From an uncultured Clostridia bacterium (GTDB lineage Bacteria > Bacillota > Clostridia > Oscillospirales > Oscillospiraceae): 64,000 nt of DNA. Shown piece by piece: positions 54,306 to 64,000 of this stretch (the stretch's first letter is position 1; each line of letters begins with the position of its first letter). The position numbers and the translations under genes were made by a program. The notes below the pieces were generated by a model. That model was not told the DNA's origin and searched no databases. It saw only the letters and a program-made list of their open reading frames with translations. The stretch spans positions 240 through 64,239 of the forward strand of contig CAMFBN010000002.1 in NCBI GenBank assembly GCA_945948535.1, in the 5' to 3' direction.

Positions 54306-55799
54306 ATGGCAAAATTCGTACCCCAGGCAGAAATGCCCCTGTCCGACCAGGTGCGGGTTCGTCGGGAAAAGCTGGAGAATCTCCGGGCCGAGGGCTTCGA
54401 CCCCTTTGTGCAGACCCGTTTTGAAGTGACCTCCGATTCTGCCGCAATTAAGGCGAATTTTGAAGCCATGGAGGGGCAGACTGTCCGTCTGGCGGGCCGT
54501 ATCATGAGCAAGCGGGGCATGGGCAAGGTGTCCTTCTGCGATTTGCAGGACAGCACCGGCCGGATTCAGCTCTATGTCCGGTTTGACGAAATGGAGGAAA
54601 GCTCCTTCCAGCGCTTTAAGAAGAACGACATCGGCGATATCGTGGGTGTGGTTGGCGACGTGTTCAAGACAGAGCGGGGCGAGATTTCCGTCCGTGTCCA
54701 CGAGGCCACGCTGCTTTCGAAATCCCTGCTGCCCCTGCCCGAAAAGTTCCACGGCCTGACCGACAAGGAGATTCGCTTCCGTCAGCGTTATGTTGACCTG
54801 ATGGTGAATCCCGAGGTCAAGCAGAACTTCGTTATCCGCTCCAAATTCATCAAGCATCTGCGCAATTATCTGGACAATATGGGTTATATTGAAGTGGAGA
54901 CCCCGGTGCTGAACACCATTGCCGGCGGCGCGGCTGCCCGTCCCTTCGTCACCCACCACAATACTCTGGACATCGATATGTATATGCGTATCGCCACGGA
55001 GCTGCCCCTGAAGCGGCTGATTGTGGGCGGCATGGACCGGGTTTACGAGGTGGGCCGCATCTTCCGCAACGAGGGCATGGACCCTAAGCATAACCCTGAG
55101 TTTACCTCTGTGGAGCTGTATCAGGCCTACGCCGACTTCCATGACATGATGGATATTGCGGAGGGAATCTATACCTCCTTCGCAAAAGAGGTGATGGGTA
55201 CCTATGAACTGGAATGGATGGGCGAGAAAATCGACCTGACGCCCGGCTGGCCCCGTCTGACCATGGTGGAAGCCGTTAAGAAGTATGTGGGCATTGACTT
55301 CGGTGCCATCACCGATGATGCCGAAGCGGTTGCCGCAGCCAAGGCTAAAGGCGTGGAGCTGGCGGATGCCGCCGAAAAGACCTGGGGCAACGCCCTGTAC
55401 GCCTGCTTCGATCAGAAGGTGGAGGAGCATCTGATTCAGCCCACCTTCATCACCATGTATCCTGTGGAGGTTTCTCCCCTGACCAAACGTTCTCCAGAGG
55501 ATCCCCGGCTGACCGAGCGCTTTGAATTCTTTATCAACCGCAGCGAAATGGGCAACGCTTACTCCGAACTGAACGACCCCATCGACCAGCGGGAACGTTT
55601 CCAGAAGCAGGTGGAGCAGCGGGAGCGGGGCGACGACGAGACCGAGATGCTGGATGAGGATTTCCTGACTGCTCTGGAATACGGTATGCCCCCCACGGGC
55701 GGCATGGGTATGGGTATCGATCGTGCTGTCATGCTCTTCACCGGTGCCGATACCATCCGCGAAGTCATTTTGTTCCCCACGATGAAGCCCCTCGACTAA
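54306..55799 (+). CDS. lysS: Lysyl-tRNA synthetase (class II)
   Basis: RFRQRYVDL, EVETP, FRNEG...HNPEF, GMPPTGGMGMGIDR. Confidence 0.98.
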   Translation: MAKFVPQAEMPLSDQVRVRREKLENLRAEGFDPFVQTRFEVTSDSAAIKANFEAMEGQTVRLAGRIMSKRGMGKVSFCDLQDSTGRIQLYVRFDEMEESSFQRFKKNDIGDIVGVVGDVFKTERGEISVRVHEATLLSKSLLPLPEKFHGLTDKEIRFRQRYVDLMVNPEVKQNFVIRSKFIKHLRNYLDNMGYIEVETPVLNTIAGGAAARPFVTHHNTLDIDMYMRIATELPLKRLIVGGMDRVYEVGRIFRNEGMDPKHNPEFTSVELYQAYADFHDMMDIAEGIYTSFAKEVMGTYELEWMGEKIDLTPGWPRLTMVEAVKKYVGIDFGAITDDAEAVAAAKAKGVELADAAEKTWGNALYACFDQKVEEHLIQPTFITMYPVEVSPLTKRSPEDPRLTERFEFFINRSEMGNAYSELNDPIDQRERFQKQVEQRERGDDETEMLDEDFLTALEYGMPPTGGMGMGIDRAVMLFTGADTIREVILFPTMKPLD

Positions 55800-55970
55800 A
55801 GAAAACACAAGATATGGTGCTGATTTCAGAAACAAATCACTATATAATGTGGCTTTCTGTGGTGCCATCCTCCCTTTGACAGCAATTTGACAGCAAATTC
55901 TTGAGGAATAACGCATCAACACGAAGCGTTGTGAATTTCAGGCAATACGGTGTCAGGTATGAACAGACCA

Positions 55971-56012
55971 AAGAGCACTTCTTAGAGTAACTCTGAGAAG
56001 TGCTCTTTTTTC
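55971..56012 (+). terminator. Long hairpin terminator
   Basis: AAGAGCACTTCTTAGAG-taa-CTCTGAGAAGTGCTCTT followed by a T-run. Confidence 0.75.
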
Positions 56013-56065
56013 GTTTTGCGGTCAACTTCTGTCTACACCCAAATCATTTTTAGGAGGATACCACA

Positions 56066-56332
56066 ATGAAAGACAACTATGAACCGATCAAGAGCATGAA
56101 GGAAGTTCCGGTACAGCTGCGGAAGCTGCGCAGAGAGTATGTCCGCTATCAACAGGCAGAGCTGATTTACAGTCTGTCACACAAAAAACTGCTGGAGCTT
56201 GCCAGCGACGCGGGCGCGATTTACCGCTTTGACAGCACCGTTTTGATCAACAGAGATATTTTTGATGCTTACTTGGAGCGGTTCCATGAGCCTGCTACCA
56301 GCAAGTACAGAAATGGAGGCGATGCAGAATGA
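56066..56332 (+). CDS. DUF6462-like small protein (excisionase-like fold inferred)
   Basis: EYVRYQQAELIYSLSHKKLLELASDAGAIYR...VLINRDIFDAYLE; SD AGGAGG. Confidence 0.75.
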   Translation: MKDNYEPIKSMKEVPVQLRKLRREYVRYQQAELIYSLSHKKLLELASDAGAIYRFDSTVLINRDIFDAYLERFHEPATSKYRNGGDAE

Positions 56333-56574
56333 GCGGAAATGTATGGATGTTCTCCGACCAGATTGACGATGAAGACGTGGAATTTATGACCCACGACTTT
56401 GTAACATACAACATGGCGTGTGATTATTGCCGCCTGGGTCTCAAGCCCGTCACTCGTATAGCACATGAAGCCGGAGCGGTTTACAAGATTGGCAAAAAGG
56501 TACTGATTCGCAGAAGCATTTTTGAAGCATATCTGCGAGAACAGCGCAGTGTGGAAAGGAGCGAGCAGGAATGA
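56329..56574 (+). CDS. Second DUF6462-like protein
   Basis: FVTYNMAC...IAHEAGAVYKIGKKVLIRRSIFEAYL; paralog of the previous gene; ATGA overlap. Confidence 0.72.
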   Translation: MSGNVWMFSDQIDDEDVEFMTHDFVTYNMACDYCRLGLKPVTRIAHEAGAVYKIGKKVLIRRSIFEAYLREQRSVERSEQE

Positions 56575-56948
56575 ATGACGGTCTTGAATATAGCCTCGAA
56601 TACATCCGTTCAGGTGATTACTTTATCCCGAATTTGACACTACCAGAGGAAACCCGTCCCATTGGCAAGTGGGGGCGGATGCACCGAGAGTATCTGAAAG
56701 AGCATAAACCGATTCAGTATAACTGTCTGTTCCTGTCCGGCAAGCTGTGGACATACCTTGCTGACCTGAATGAGCAGGCTCAGGACAGGCTGGAGCAGAT
56801 GGTCCACCAGATGAAGATGGCCGAGGGAGTGACAGAAGAATTGAAAGCTGCTGACCCGATGGCTTGGGTTCAGCGAATGAACAACATCCGAAACCGGGCA
56901 GAGGAGATTATCCTGCGGGAATTGGTCTACGAGGAGGATAGGGCATGA
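56571..56948 (+). CDS. tnpV: TnpV family protein
   Basis: GDYFIPNL...IGKWGRMHREYLKEH...TEELKAADPMAWVQRMNNIRNRAEEII. Confidence 0.88.
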   Translation: MNDGLEYSLEYIRSGDYFIPNLTLPEETRPIGKWGRMHREYLKEHKPIQYNCLFLSGKLWTYLADLNEQAQDRLEQMVHQMKMAEGVTEELKAADPMAWVQRMNNIRNRAEEIILRELVYEEDRA

Positions 56949-57208
56949 GCATACTGGAAGAGCTTTGGTATGGCAATATCGAGCCAACGGAATATGACAC
57001 TTCTCCCTGTAAGGAATACAAGAAAGCACTCCAGTTGGTCAATCGAAACGAAGAAGAATTGCATGCTACCATGACGGATGCACAGAAAGAATTGTTCTCC
57101 CGGTATGCAGACAGTGTGAGGGAATTTCAGGATATGGCAGAGTGTCTGCTGTTCCAGAACAGTTTCCGTTTAGGTGCAAGAATGATGCTGGAGATTATGG
57201 AAGAATAA
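56945..57208 (+). CDS. DUF6809-like protein
   Basis: MSILEELWYGNIEP...FQNSFRLGARMMLE. Confidence 0.75.
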   Translation: MSILEELWYGNIEPTEYDTSPCKEYKKALQLVNRNEEELHATMTDAQKELFSRYADSVREFQDMAECLLFQNSFRLGARMMLEIMEE

Positions 57209-57416
57209 CGAATGATATTACAGCAGCGCCCACGGCCGGTAACCGATAGGCGCTGCTCTATTTGCTGTTGCAGCCAGTCTTTCATGACGGATAGCGGCGT
57301 TTGTTATGAATGCCGAATGCGTACGCTTGACATGGGGTTATTTCACTGATAAAATTAGCTGTAATCGTACATTTCCAAATTGGAAAAGCGTGACACCATG
57401 GAGATGAGGTGGGGAC

Positions 57417-58430
57417 TTGCCTACAGAGCACGTTGAAAAGAAAATGTATACCCTGAATGATATTGCCAAGGAGCTGGGCGTGAACAAGGCCACGGTATCC
57501 AAAGCAATCTCCGGAAAGGGTAATTTAAGTGCGCAGACGAGAGCCAGAATTCTTGCCTTCATCGACCAGTGCGGTTACCGCCCCAATGCGGTGGCCCAGA
57601 GCCTGGCGAAAAATCAGACCTACAATATCGGGCTGATGATGCCGGACTATGTGGGGGTGCTGGATGAGGCGTTCTTCCGGGAATGTCTGCGGGGCGTGTG
57701 CAAAATTGCGTCCAATAATGGCTATGATGTGCTGATGGTCATGGACAGCGAAAAACCGGTGGAGCATATCGCTCGCCTCATAGACAACAGGAAAATAGAC
57801 GGTGTCATTGCCATGCGCAGCCTGGTGGATTCTCCGGTGGTGGGCTTTCTAAAGGAAAAGCAGGTGCCCTTTGTGATCATCGGGCCAACCTCGGACAAGT
57901 CCGTTCTCAGCGTAGATAATGACAACCGGGGTGCCTGCCGGGATATCACAGCCCTTCTGATTACCAGAGGAATCCGCAAAATGGCGCTGATCGGCGGAGA
58001 CGACAACAACTGTGTTACCCACAGCCGCCTGAAGGGCTTCTGGGATGCCTGCGATCAGGCGGGACTATCCAGAGATGACCAGCTGGTGTATCTGAATGTG
58101 AACCGGGATAACCGGCTGCCGGAGGTCATCGATACGGTATTGCCCCAGAAGCCGGATTGTATTGTCTGCATGGACGATTACATCTGCAACCTGGTGCTGA
58201 TTCAGCTGCGCACCAGCAATGTGCAGGTTCCCCGGGATGTGAAGATTGTCAGCTACTACGACAACATTCTGCTGGAAAACAACATTCCCTCCATTACCAG
58301 CCTGCATTTCGATGCTGCCCAGCTGGGTAAGATTGCCTGTCAGAGACTGATTGACAAACTGGGAGGTAAGGCGGACGGAAATTACATTTTGCCCGGATAT
58401 CAGATGGTCATGCGGGATTCAACAAAATAG
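57417..58430 (+). CDS. LacI-family transcriptional regulator
   Basis: TLNDIAKELGVNKATVSKAISG...GYRPNAVAQSL; periplasmic-binding-protein-like core. Confidence 0.94.
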   Translation: MPTEHVEKKMYTLNDIAKELGVNKATVSKAISGKGNLSAQTRARILAFIDQCGYRPNAVAQSLAKNQTYNIGLMMPDYVGVLDEAFFRECLRGVCKIASNNGYDVLMVMDSEKPVEHIARLIDNRKIDGVIAMRSLVDSPVVGFLKEKQVPFVIIGPTSDKSVLSVDNDNRGACRDITALLITRGIRKMALIGGDDNNCVTHSRLKGFWDACDQAGLSRDDQLVYLNVNRDNRLPEVIDTVLPQKPDCIVCMDDYICNLVLIQLRTSNVQVPRDVKIVSYYDNILLENNIPSITSLHFDAAQLGKIACQRLIDKLGGKADGNYILPGYQMVMRDSTK

Positions 58431-58586
58431 GACTTTGAAAGGGCTGCGGCGGGATGCCGCGGCCCTTCTTGTTTTTGGAATCGCAGGCGGAAGGAAAACG
58501 ATTGCCAGAAAAAGAACACTTTCTGTCACTATGAACAAATGGTGAACGCGAATCTTGGCGCTAATCCCAAATTGACAGGAAAAGTT

Positions 58587-58623
58587 TGCTATAATATACT
58601 TTACTCAGAAAGCAACCGGTTGC
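58587..58623 (+). promoter_or_regulatory. Extended -10 promoter and LacI-type operator
   Basis: TGcTATAAT (58587-58595); perfect palindrome GCAACCGGTTGC (58612-58623). Confidence 0.7.
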
Positions 58624-58663
58624 CACACTGGTTGCGAATTAACAACACTAGGAGGAAAAACAC

Positions 58664-59983
58664 ATGAAAAAACTGATTGCCCTGCTGCTGGCAGCGGTCA
58701 TGGTTCTGTCTCTCGCCGCCTGCGGCGGCAGCGGAAAGACCGCCGAGACCCAGGCCCCTGCTGCCGACGCCAATGCCCCTGCCGCTCCCGCTGCTTCCGG
58801 CGGCCCCATCTCCCTGACCCTGTGGGGTGCGGAGGAGGATCAGGCGCTGCTTGCCGAACTGGTGGAAAAGTTCAAGGCCCAGTACCCCGACCAGACCTTT
58901 GACATCCAGATCGGCGTGGAGTCCGAGTCCACTGCCAAGGACACCGTCCTGACTGACGTAGAGGCTGCTGCCGATGTCTTCGCCTTCGCCAACGACCAGC
59001 TGAACGATCTGGTTGCTGCCGGTGCGCTGCTGGCTCTGGACGGCGATATCGCCCAGGTTCTGCCCGCTTACGCAGGCAAGACCATCGACGATGTGAAGGC
59101 TGCCAACGGCGAAGGCTCCGTGGCTGCCGCATCCAAGGACGGCAAGCTGTACGCCTTCCCCATGGGCGGCGGCAACAACTACTTCCTGTACTATGATTCC
59201 ACCAAGATCACTGCCGAGCAGGCTCAGTCCTGGGACGGTCTGCTGGCCGCTGCTGAGGCTGCCGGCTCCAAGGTCGGCATGACCTACGCCTCCGGCTGGT
59301 ACAACGCTTCCTTCTTCCTGGGCGCAGGCTTCATCACCGACATGAACCCTGACGGCACCACCGTCATGGACTGGAACGGCACCTCTGCAGACGGCTTCAC
59401 CGGTATGGACGTTGTCAAGGGCATGGCTGCCATCGCCGCACACCCCGGCTTCCTGGCCATTGCTGACGGCGATATCTCCAACCAGATTGCTTCCAAGGCT
59501 GTCTGCGCGGTTGTCTCCGGCACCTGGGACGCAGGCGCTGCCGAAACCGCTTTTGGTGAGGGCTACGCTGCTACCAAGCTGCCCACCTTCACCTGCGCTG
59601 ACAAGCAGGTTCAGATGTCCTGCTACTCCGGCTTCAAGCTGATGGGCGTCAACGCCTACTCCAAGAATTCCGGCTGGGCCGTGCTGCTGGCTGAATTCCT
59701 GACCAACGAGGCTTCTCAGACTGCCCGGTTTGCCTCCCGCCAGCTGGCTCCCACCAACCTGAAGGCTGCCGCGGACGAGGCTGTTACATCCAACGTCGCC
59801 ATCGCCGCTTCCGCTGCCCAGGACGTTTATGGCTCCGTGCAGAATGTGGGCGGCAAGTTCTGGGATCCCACTGCCACCTTCGGCCAGATGATTGCCAACG
59901 GCGATCTGAAGGCTGACGATGACGCGGCAATCCAGACCGCGCTGGATACTCTGGTGGAGGGCGTCACTGCTCCTGTGGAATAA
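58664..59983 (+). CDS. Oligosaccharide ABC substrate-binding lipoprotein (MalE/CycB-like)
   Basis: Lipobox LAAC; ADVFAFANDQL; DGKLYAFP; LYYD. Confidence 0.92.
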   Translation: MKKLIALLLAAVMVLSLAACGGSGKTAETQAPAADANAPAAPAASGGPISLTLWGAEEDQALLAELVEKFKAQYPDQTFDIQIGVESESTAKDTVLTDVEAAADVFAFANDQLNDLVAAGALLALDGDIAQVLPAYAGKTIDDVKAANGEGSVAAASKDGKLYAFPMGGGNNYFLYYDSTKITAEQAQSWDGLLAAAEAAGSKVGMTYASGWYNASFFLGAGFITDMNPDGTTVMDWNGTSADGFTGMDVVKGMAAIAAHPGFLAIADGDISNQIASKAVCAVVSGTWDAGAAETAFGEGYAATKLPTFTCADKQVQMSCYSGFKLMGVNAYSKNSGWAVLLAEFLTNEASQTARFASRQLAPTNLKAAADEAVTSNVAIAASAAQDVYGSVQNVGGKFWDPTATFGQMIANGDLKADDDAAIQTALDTLVEGVTAPVE

Positions 59984-60008
59984 TATCACAATACACACCC
60001 CCAATGCT

Positions 60009-60034
60009 ACCCCATATGCGAAAGCATATGGGGT
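60009..60034 (+). promoter_or_regulatory. Intercistronic stem-loop (probable mRNA stabiliser for the SBP gene)
   Basis: Perfect ACCCCATATGC-GAAA-GCATATGGGGT with no U-tract. Confidence 0.6.
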
Positions 60035-60074
60035 GGTTCAAAAAGTAAAAGTAAATTGAGAAAGGAAGCTCTCT

Positions 60075-61538
60075 ATGGAAGCTAAGACTAGCGGACTGAG
60101 TAGGCTCGGCAGCGCCGTATCCGGCTTCTTTGCGGTCATTGCCCGCTTCTTTTCAGAATTCGGTACGGCTATGGCGAAGGGTGATCTCTTTGTCAAGCTG
60201 TCCTTACTCTGGTGGGGCGCCGGTTATTTTCGCAGAAGGCAGTATGTGAAAGCCATCCTGATGACGCTGCTGGAAATCGCGGTCATTGTATTTACCCTTA
60301 ATTTCGCCATGGCCTATGTGCCTAAGTTCGGAACCCTGGGCACGGTTCAGGCAGAGCAGGTCTTCAATATGCAGACCATGCAGACGGAATGGAACGACTA
60401 TGACAATTCCTTCATGATCCTGCTGTTCTCCCTGTTCAGCTTTGTGATCTGGTTTGCCGCAGCCGTTGTGTGCATGCGCAATGTGGTAAACGTCTACGAA
60501 TTGCAGATGCAGGCCCAGCGGGGCAAGCATATCAACACCTTCGTGGAGGATCTGCGGGAATACCTGGACAAGAAGTTCCACATCACTCTGCTGTCCCTGC
60601 CGGTTCTGGGCATTGTGGTATTCACCCTGATCCCCATGCTGCTGCTGATTCTGGTAGCCTTTACAAACTACGACCAGCAGCATATGCCGCCTACCAACCT
60701 CTTTGGCTGGGTCGGTTTTAGCAACTTTGTGACGCTGTTTGGCGGCGGCATCACCACAACCTTCGGCTATGCCTTTGTCCGGATTCTGGGATGGACCATC
60801 ATCTGGTCCTTCTTCGCCACGTTGACCACCTACATAGGCGGTATTCTCATGTCCCTGCTGCTCAACAGCAAGCTGACCCGTGGCACAAAAATCTGGCGCA
60901 CCATGCTGGTGGTCACCATCGCCGTCCCCCAGTTTGTGTCCCTGCTTCTGATGCGCAATTTCTTTGCCAACAGCGGCATCGTCAACACCATCTGCGCCAA
61001 CATCGGTCTGACAGGATTTCTGCGGGATATCGGCCTGATTTCCACCAGCTACATTCCCTTCATGACGGCTCCCGGCTGGGTGCACGTTATGATCATTCTG
61101 ATCAACATCTGGATCGGCATTCCTTATCAGATGCTGATTGCCACCGGCGTGCTGATGAATCTGCCCACGGATCAAATTGAAAGCGCCAAGATTGATGGTG
61201 CAAACCCCTTCCAGGTGTTCAAGTCCATCACCATGCCCTACATGCTTCAGGTCACCGGCCCCGCGCTGATTACCGATTTCGTGAAGAACTTCAACAACTT
61301 CAACGTGATCTACCTGCTGACCCAGAACGTGTTCGTCACCACGAACCAGTTCATGGCCAACTCTCAGGCAAAGGAAACGGACCTGCTGGTCACCTGGCTG
61401 TTTACGCTGACACAGGATTACTACAACTACAAGATGGCCTCCGTCATCGGCATCATGGTATTCATCGTCTGCGCAGTCTTTACCCTGGTCGGCTTCAACT
61501 TTATGATCAGCGGTGATAAGGAGGGAACCTATCAATGA
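60075..61538 (+). CDS. Sugar ABC permease (MalF-like)
   Basis: AFTNYD, AVPQFVSLL, EAA-like loop IESAKIDGANPFQVFKSITMP. Confidence 0.93.
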   Translation: MEAKTSGLSRLGSAVSGFFAVIARFFSEFGTAMAKGDLFVKLSLLWWGAGYFRRRQYVKAILMTLLEIAVIVFTLNFAMAYVPKFGTLGTVQAEQVFNMQTMQTEWNDYDNSFMILLFSLFSFVIWFAAAVVCMRNVVNVYELQMQAQRGKHINTFVEDLREYLDKKFHITLLSLPVLGIVVFTLIPMLLLILVAFTNYDQQHMPPTNLFGWVGFSNFVTLFGGGITTTFGYAFVRILGWTIIWSFFATLTTYIGGILMSLLLNSKLTRGTKIWRTMLVVTIAVPQFVSLLLMRNFFANSGIVNTICANIGLTGFLRDIGLISTSYIPFMTAPGWVHVMIILINIWIGIPYQMLIATGVLMNLPTDQIESAKIDGANPFQVFKSITMPYMLQVTGPALITDFVKNFNNFNVIYLLTQNVFVTTNQFMANSQAKETDLLVTWLFTLTQDYYNYKMASVIGIMVFIVCAVFTLVGFNFMISGDKEGTYQ

Positions 61539-62437
61539 GCAAGTGGAAAACAGATATCGGTACCAGCGCCAGCGAGAGCGCCATTCAGGCCGGTAAGGCA
61601 AGGCAAAAGCGCAGAATTTTCCTGCACAACGCCTTCATTGCACTGCTGTGCGTCATCTGGATCATTCCCATTGTGTGGCTGGTCTGCACCTCCTTCAGCG
61701 CCTATTCCGGCATGAACACCTCCACCTTCTTCCCGGAGAAATGGAGCGCCATCCACTATGTCAAGCTGCTGACACCGGACACGGTGAACCAGTTCCCCAC
61801 ATGGTTCTGGAACACCTTTGTCATCGCCTGCTGGACCTGCGTGATCTCCACGCTGTTTGTGATTATGGTGGCCTACGCCATGTCTGTCACCCGGTTCAAA
61901 TCCCGGAAGGCTCTGATGAACGCAGCGGTGCTCATGAACCTGTTCCCCGGTATGCTGTCCATGATCGCCGTGTACTTCACCCTGAAAACCTTTGGATTGA
62001 CCAACAGCCATATCGGTCTGATTCTGGTCTACTCCGCCTCTGCCGGACTGGGCTATCTGGTTGCCAAGGGCTTCTTTGATACCGTGCCCCGTGCGCTGTG
62101 CGAGGCTGCCCGGATTGACGGCTGCAACGAAGCCATGATTTTCTGGAAGATCGTGATGCCCACCTCCAAGCCCATTATCGTCTACACTGTTATCAGCAGC
62201 TTCCTGGTGCCCTGGATGGACTTTGTGTACGCCAAGATGCTCCTGAACGCCGGTGTGTCCGCCAACTATACCGTTGCAGTGGGCCTGTACCGGATGCTGG
62301 AAAAGAGCCTGATCAACACCTACTTCACCCAGTTCTGCTGCGGCGGCGTGCTGGTCTCCATTCCCATCTCCATTCTGTTCATGATTATGCAGAAGTTCTA
62401 TGTGCAGGGTGTCACCAGCGGCGCTGTGAAGGGCTAA
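61535..62437 (+). CDS. Sugar ABC permease (MalG-like)
   Basis: EAARIDG, PTSKPIIVY, YTVAVGLY, YVQGVTSGAVKG. Confidence 0.93.
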   Translation: MSKWKTDIGTSASESAIQAGKARQKRRIFLHNAFIALLCVIWIIPIVWLVCTSFSAYSGMNTSTFFPEKWSAIHYVKLLTPDTVNQFPTWFWNTFVIACWTCVISTLFVIMVAYAMSVTRFKSRKALMNAAVLMNLFPGMLSMIAVYFTLKTFGLTNSHIGLILVYSASAGLGYLVAKGFFDTVPRALCEAARIDGCNEAMIFWKIVMPTSKPIIVYTVISSFLVPWMDFVYAKMLLNAGVSANYTVAVGLYRMLEKSLINTYFTQFCCGGVLVSIPISILFMIMQKFYVQGVTSGAVKG

Positions 62438-62449
62438 GCATTCCTTTTG

Positions 62450-62485
62450 GCATCGGCGGCTGTCCCATCTGCCACCGATGCTTTT
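62450..62485 (+). terminator. Terminator-like hairpin after the permease genes
   Basis: GCATCGGCGGC...GCCACCGATGC-TTTT. Confidence 0.55.
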
Positions 62486-62521
62486 GCAGAAACATTTCCT
62501 TATGGAAAGGATACAAAACCT

Positions 62522-64000
62522 ATGGATCAATTTGTTGTCAATATTATCCACCGCCCGGAGATGGTTCCCGAGTATGCGGAAAAGGTCACCGGTCAGGGCA
62601 AAACGGAGGACATTGGCCGGAAGGCGCTGCTGACGGAGAGCCTGGACATTTTCAAAATCCAGCAGCAGTGCGCCCATGAAAACGGCCTGAAAACCACCAT
62701 CCAGATGACCTACGCCAGCCTGTTCAACGACGAGGCTGTGGCGCTTGCCAAGGAGCACCATGAAAAATATGGGGATGAGATCGCCCTGAGCCTGCTGGGC
62801 CTGCCCTGCGAGCAGTTCCGGGAAAAATACAAGACCAAGGACTTCTGCATCTGGATGTTCTCCATGGAGGACAAAAAGGCCATCGTCCGGGATGTGTTCG
62901 GCAAATTCTATGAGCGGTTTGGCTTCTATCCCGAATCCACCGGCTCTTACTATATGGACGCCGACCTGATCAACTTCATCAAGGCGGAGTACCCTTCCGT
63001 CAAGTGCGCGGTAGCCACCTGCTGGGAGGAAGGCCCCAAGGCTTACCATACCTGCAACAACTCCTGGTACACCTTCATGGACGGCGGCCCCTGGGCGCCC
63101 TGGATTCCCTCCAAACAGAACACTCACGCCCCCGCTGCCAATGAAGCCGAGGACTCCGGCATCGTCGCCATTCCCCACCTGAGCCGGGATTTGCTTGCCT
63201 GCTACGACGGCAACGGCTCCAATTTCGGCACCCATCCCCAGAACGTGCTGCGGGGCATGATCTATGATACGGAAACCTGGGAATATCCCTATCTGTACAA
63301 CCTGATCGACCAGTACCGGAGCCTTGCCAAGTACAACAACGGCTACGCCTACAACATGATGTTCGTTGGCCCCGGCTGGATGAACAAGATGGGCCGTTGG
63401 GAAGCACCGTATGAGCTGCTGAAAAAGTCCTACTGGGACGGCTGTGCCTACTATGGTCAGCTGAAAAAGGAGGGCAAGCTCACGGACATGACTATGTCCG
63501 AGTTTGCAGACTTTTACCGTCAGAAGAAGACCTACACCGAGCCGGAATGCGCCCTGTGGCGGGATATCCTCTACGGCAGCAACAAGCAGCTGTTCTGGTA
63601 CTGCGACCCCTATATGCGGGCAGGCGTCAACATGGATCAGGGCGGCGCCATCTTCGACCTCCGGCCCTACGTTGCCAAGCTGGAGTGGCCCGTGGGCATC
63701 GGTACGCCCCACATTCAGGACGCCAGCTATCCCTTCCTGATGCAGGAGAAGTACCGCGCCGGTTACTTCACCCACTACGCGGGCGAGGGCACCATTCGCA
63801 GCGCAAAGGTTTGCCACAATGGGGAGGAAGTTGACCTGTGCCTGTGCCGTACCAAAGCCCACTTCTCTCAGGAGGGCAGCCGCCGCATTCTGACCCTGGA
63901 TCCCGTGGAAATCGCGTTCTCCGATCTGACAGTGAAGCTGCAGACGGTGATTACCTTTGCCGAGGGCGAGAGCAGCATCCGCATTGACCGGAACATTCTG
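62522..64000 (+). CDS. Uncharacterised protein, >493 aa, truncated by the window end (putative carbohydrate-active enzyme)
   Basis: Open frame from ATG 62522 (SD AAGGA) to 64000 with host-like codon usage: MDQFVVNIIHRPEMVPEYAEK...FYERFGFYPESTGSYYMD...CWEEGPKAYH; absent from the ORF track because there is no stop. Confidence 0.85.
   Translation, partial: MDQFVVNIIHRPEMVPEYAEKVTGQGKTEDIGRKALLTESLDIFKIQQQCAHENGLKTTIQMTYASLFNDEAVALAKEHHEKYGDEIALSLLGLPCEQFREKYKTKDFCIWMFSMEDKKAIVRDVFGKFYERFGFYPESTGSYYMDADLINFIKAEYPSVKCAVATCWEEGPKAYHTCNNSWYTFMDGGPWAPWIPSKQNTHAPAANEAEDSGIVAIPHLSRDLLACYDGNGSNFGTHPQNVLRGMIYDTETWEYPYLYNLIDQYRSLAKYNNGYAYNMMFVGPGWMNKMGRWEAPYELLKKSYWDGCAYYGQLKKEGKLTDMTMSEFADFYRQKKTYTEPECALWRDILYGSNKQLFWYCDPYMRAGVNMDQGGAIFDLRPYVAKLEWPVGIGTPHIQDASYPFLMQEKYRAGYFTHYAGEGTIRSAKVCHNGEEVDLCLCRTKAHFSQEGSRRILTLDPVEIAFSDLTVKLQTVITFAEGESSIRIDRNIL

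Larger units (their letters stand above)
55800..57300. mobile_element. Mobile-element relic at the lysS 3' end (no recombinase present)
   Basis: AT-richer tract, TTTGACAGCAA direct repeat, and four small genes typical of Clostridial conjugative/mobilizable transposon ends. Confidence 0.65.

Overview
GC-rich Bacillota (Clostridia) chromosomal segment, probably Oscillospiraceae-like (inferred from gene content and synteny). Positions 1-6781 are the right part of a compact phage-like or satellite element integrated at the 3' end of tRNA-Trp. It carries an integrase with an internal HTH insertion, cI/cro, xis, a DUF6291-type initiator with 10-bp-phased iterons, DnaC, PC4/YdbC, two paralogous RHH genes and a promoter-driven structured noncoding region. 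The middle is mostly housekeeping: tRNA-Trp/Ile2, yabO-hup-yabM, amidohydrolase, hemZ-MBL-dtd-relA-recJ, ytvI, ACT protein plus aspartokinase, infC-rpmI-rplT, ABC transporters, apgM-serC-serA, proBAC, FMN riboswitch-ribU, ftsEX with two M23 peptidases and an S41 protease, larEBC, an sdpR-yhfC-sdpI-like operon and greA-lysS. A small mobile-element relic follows lysS, then a LacI/sugar-ABC locus whose last ORF is uncharacterised and runs off the window. Intergenic spaces repeatedly contain a family of elements with inverted heptamer-repeat arms around two covarying GNA-triloop hairpins, plus other REP-like palindromes. All calls are from manual reading; no database searches were run.
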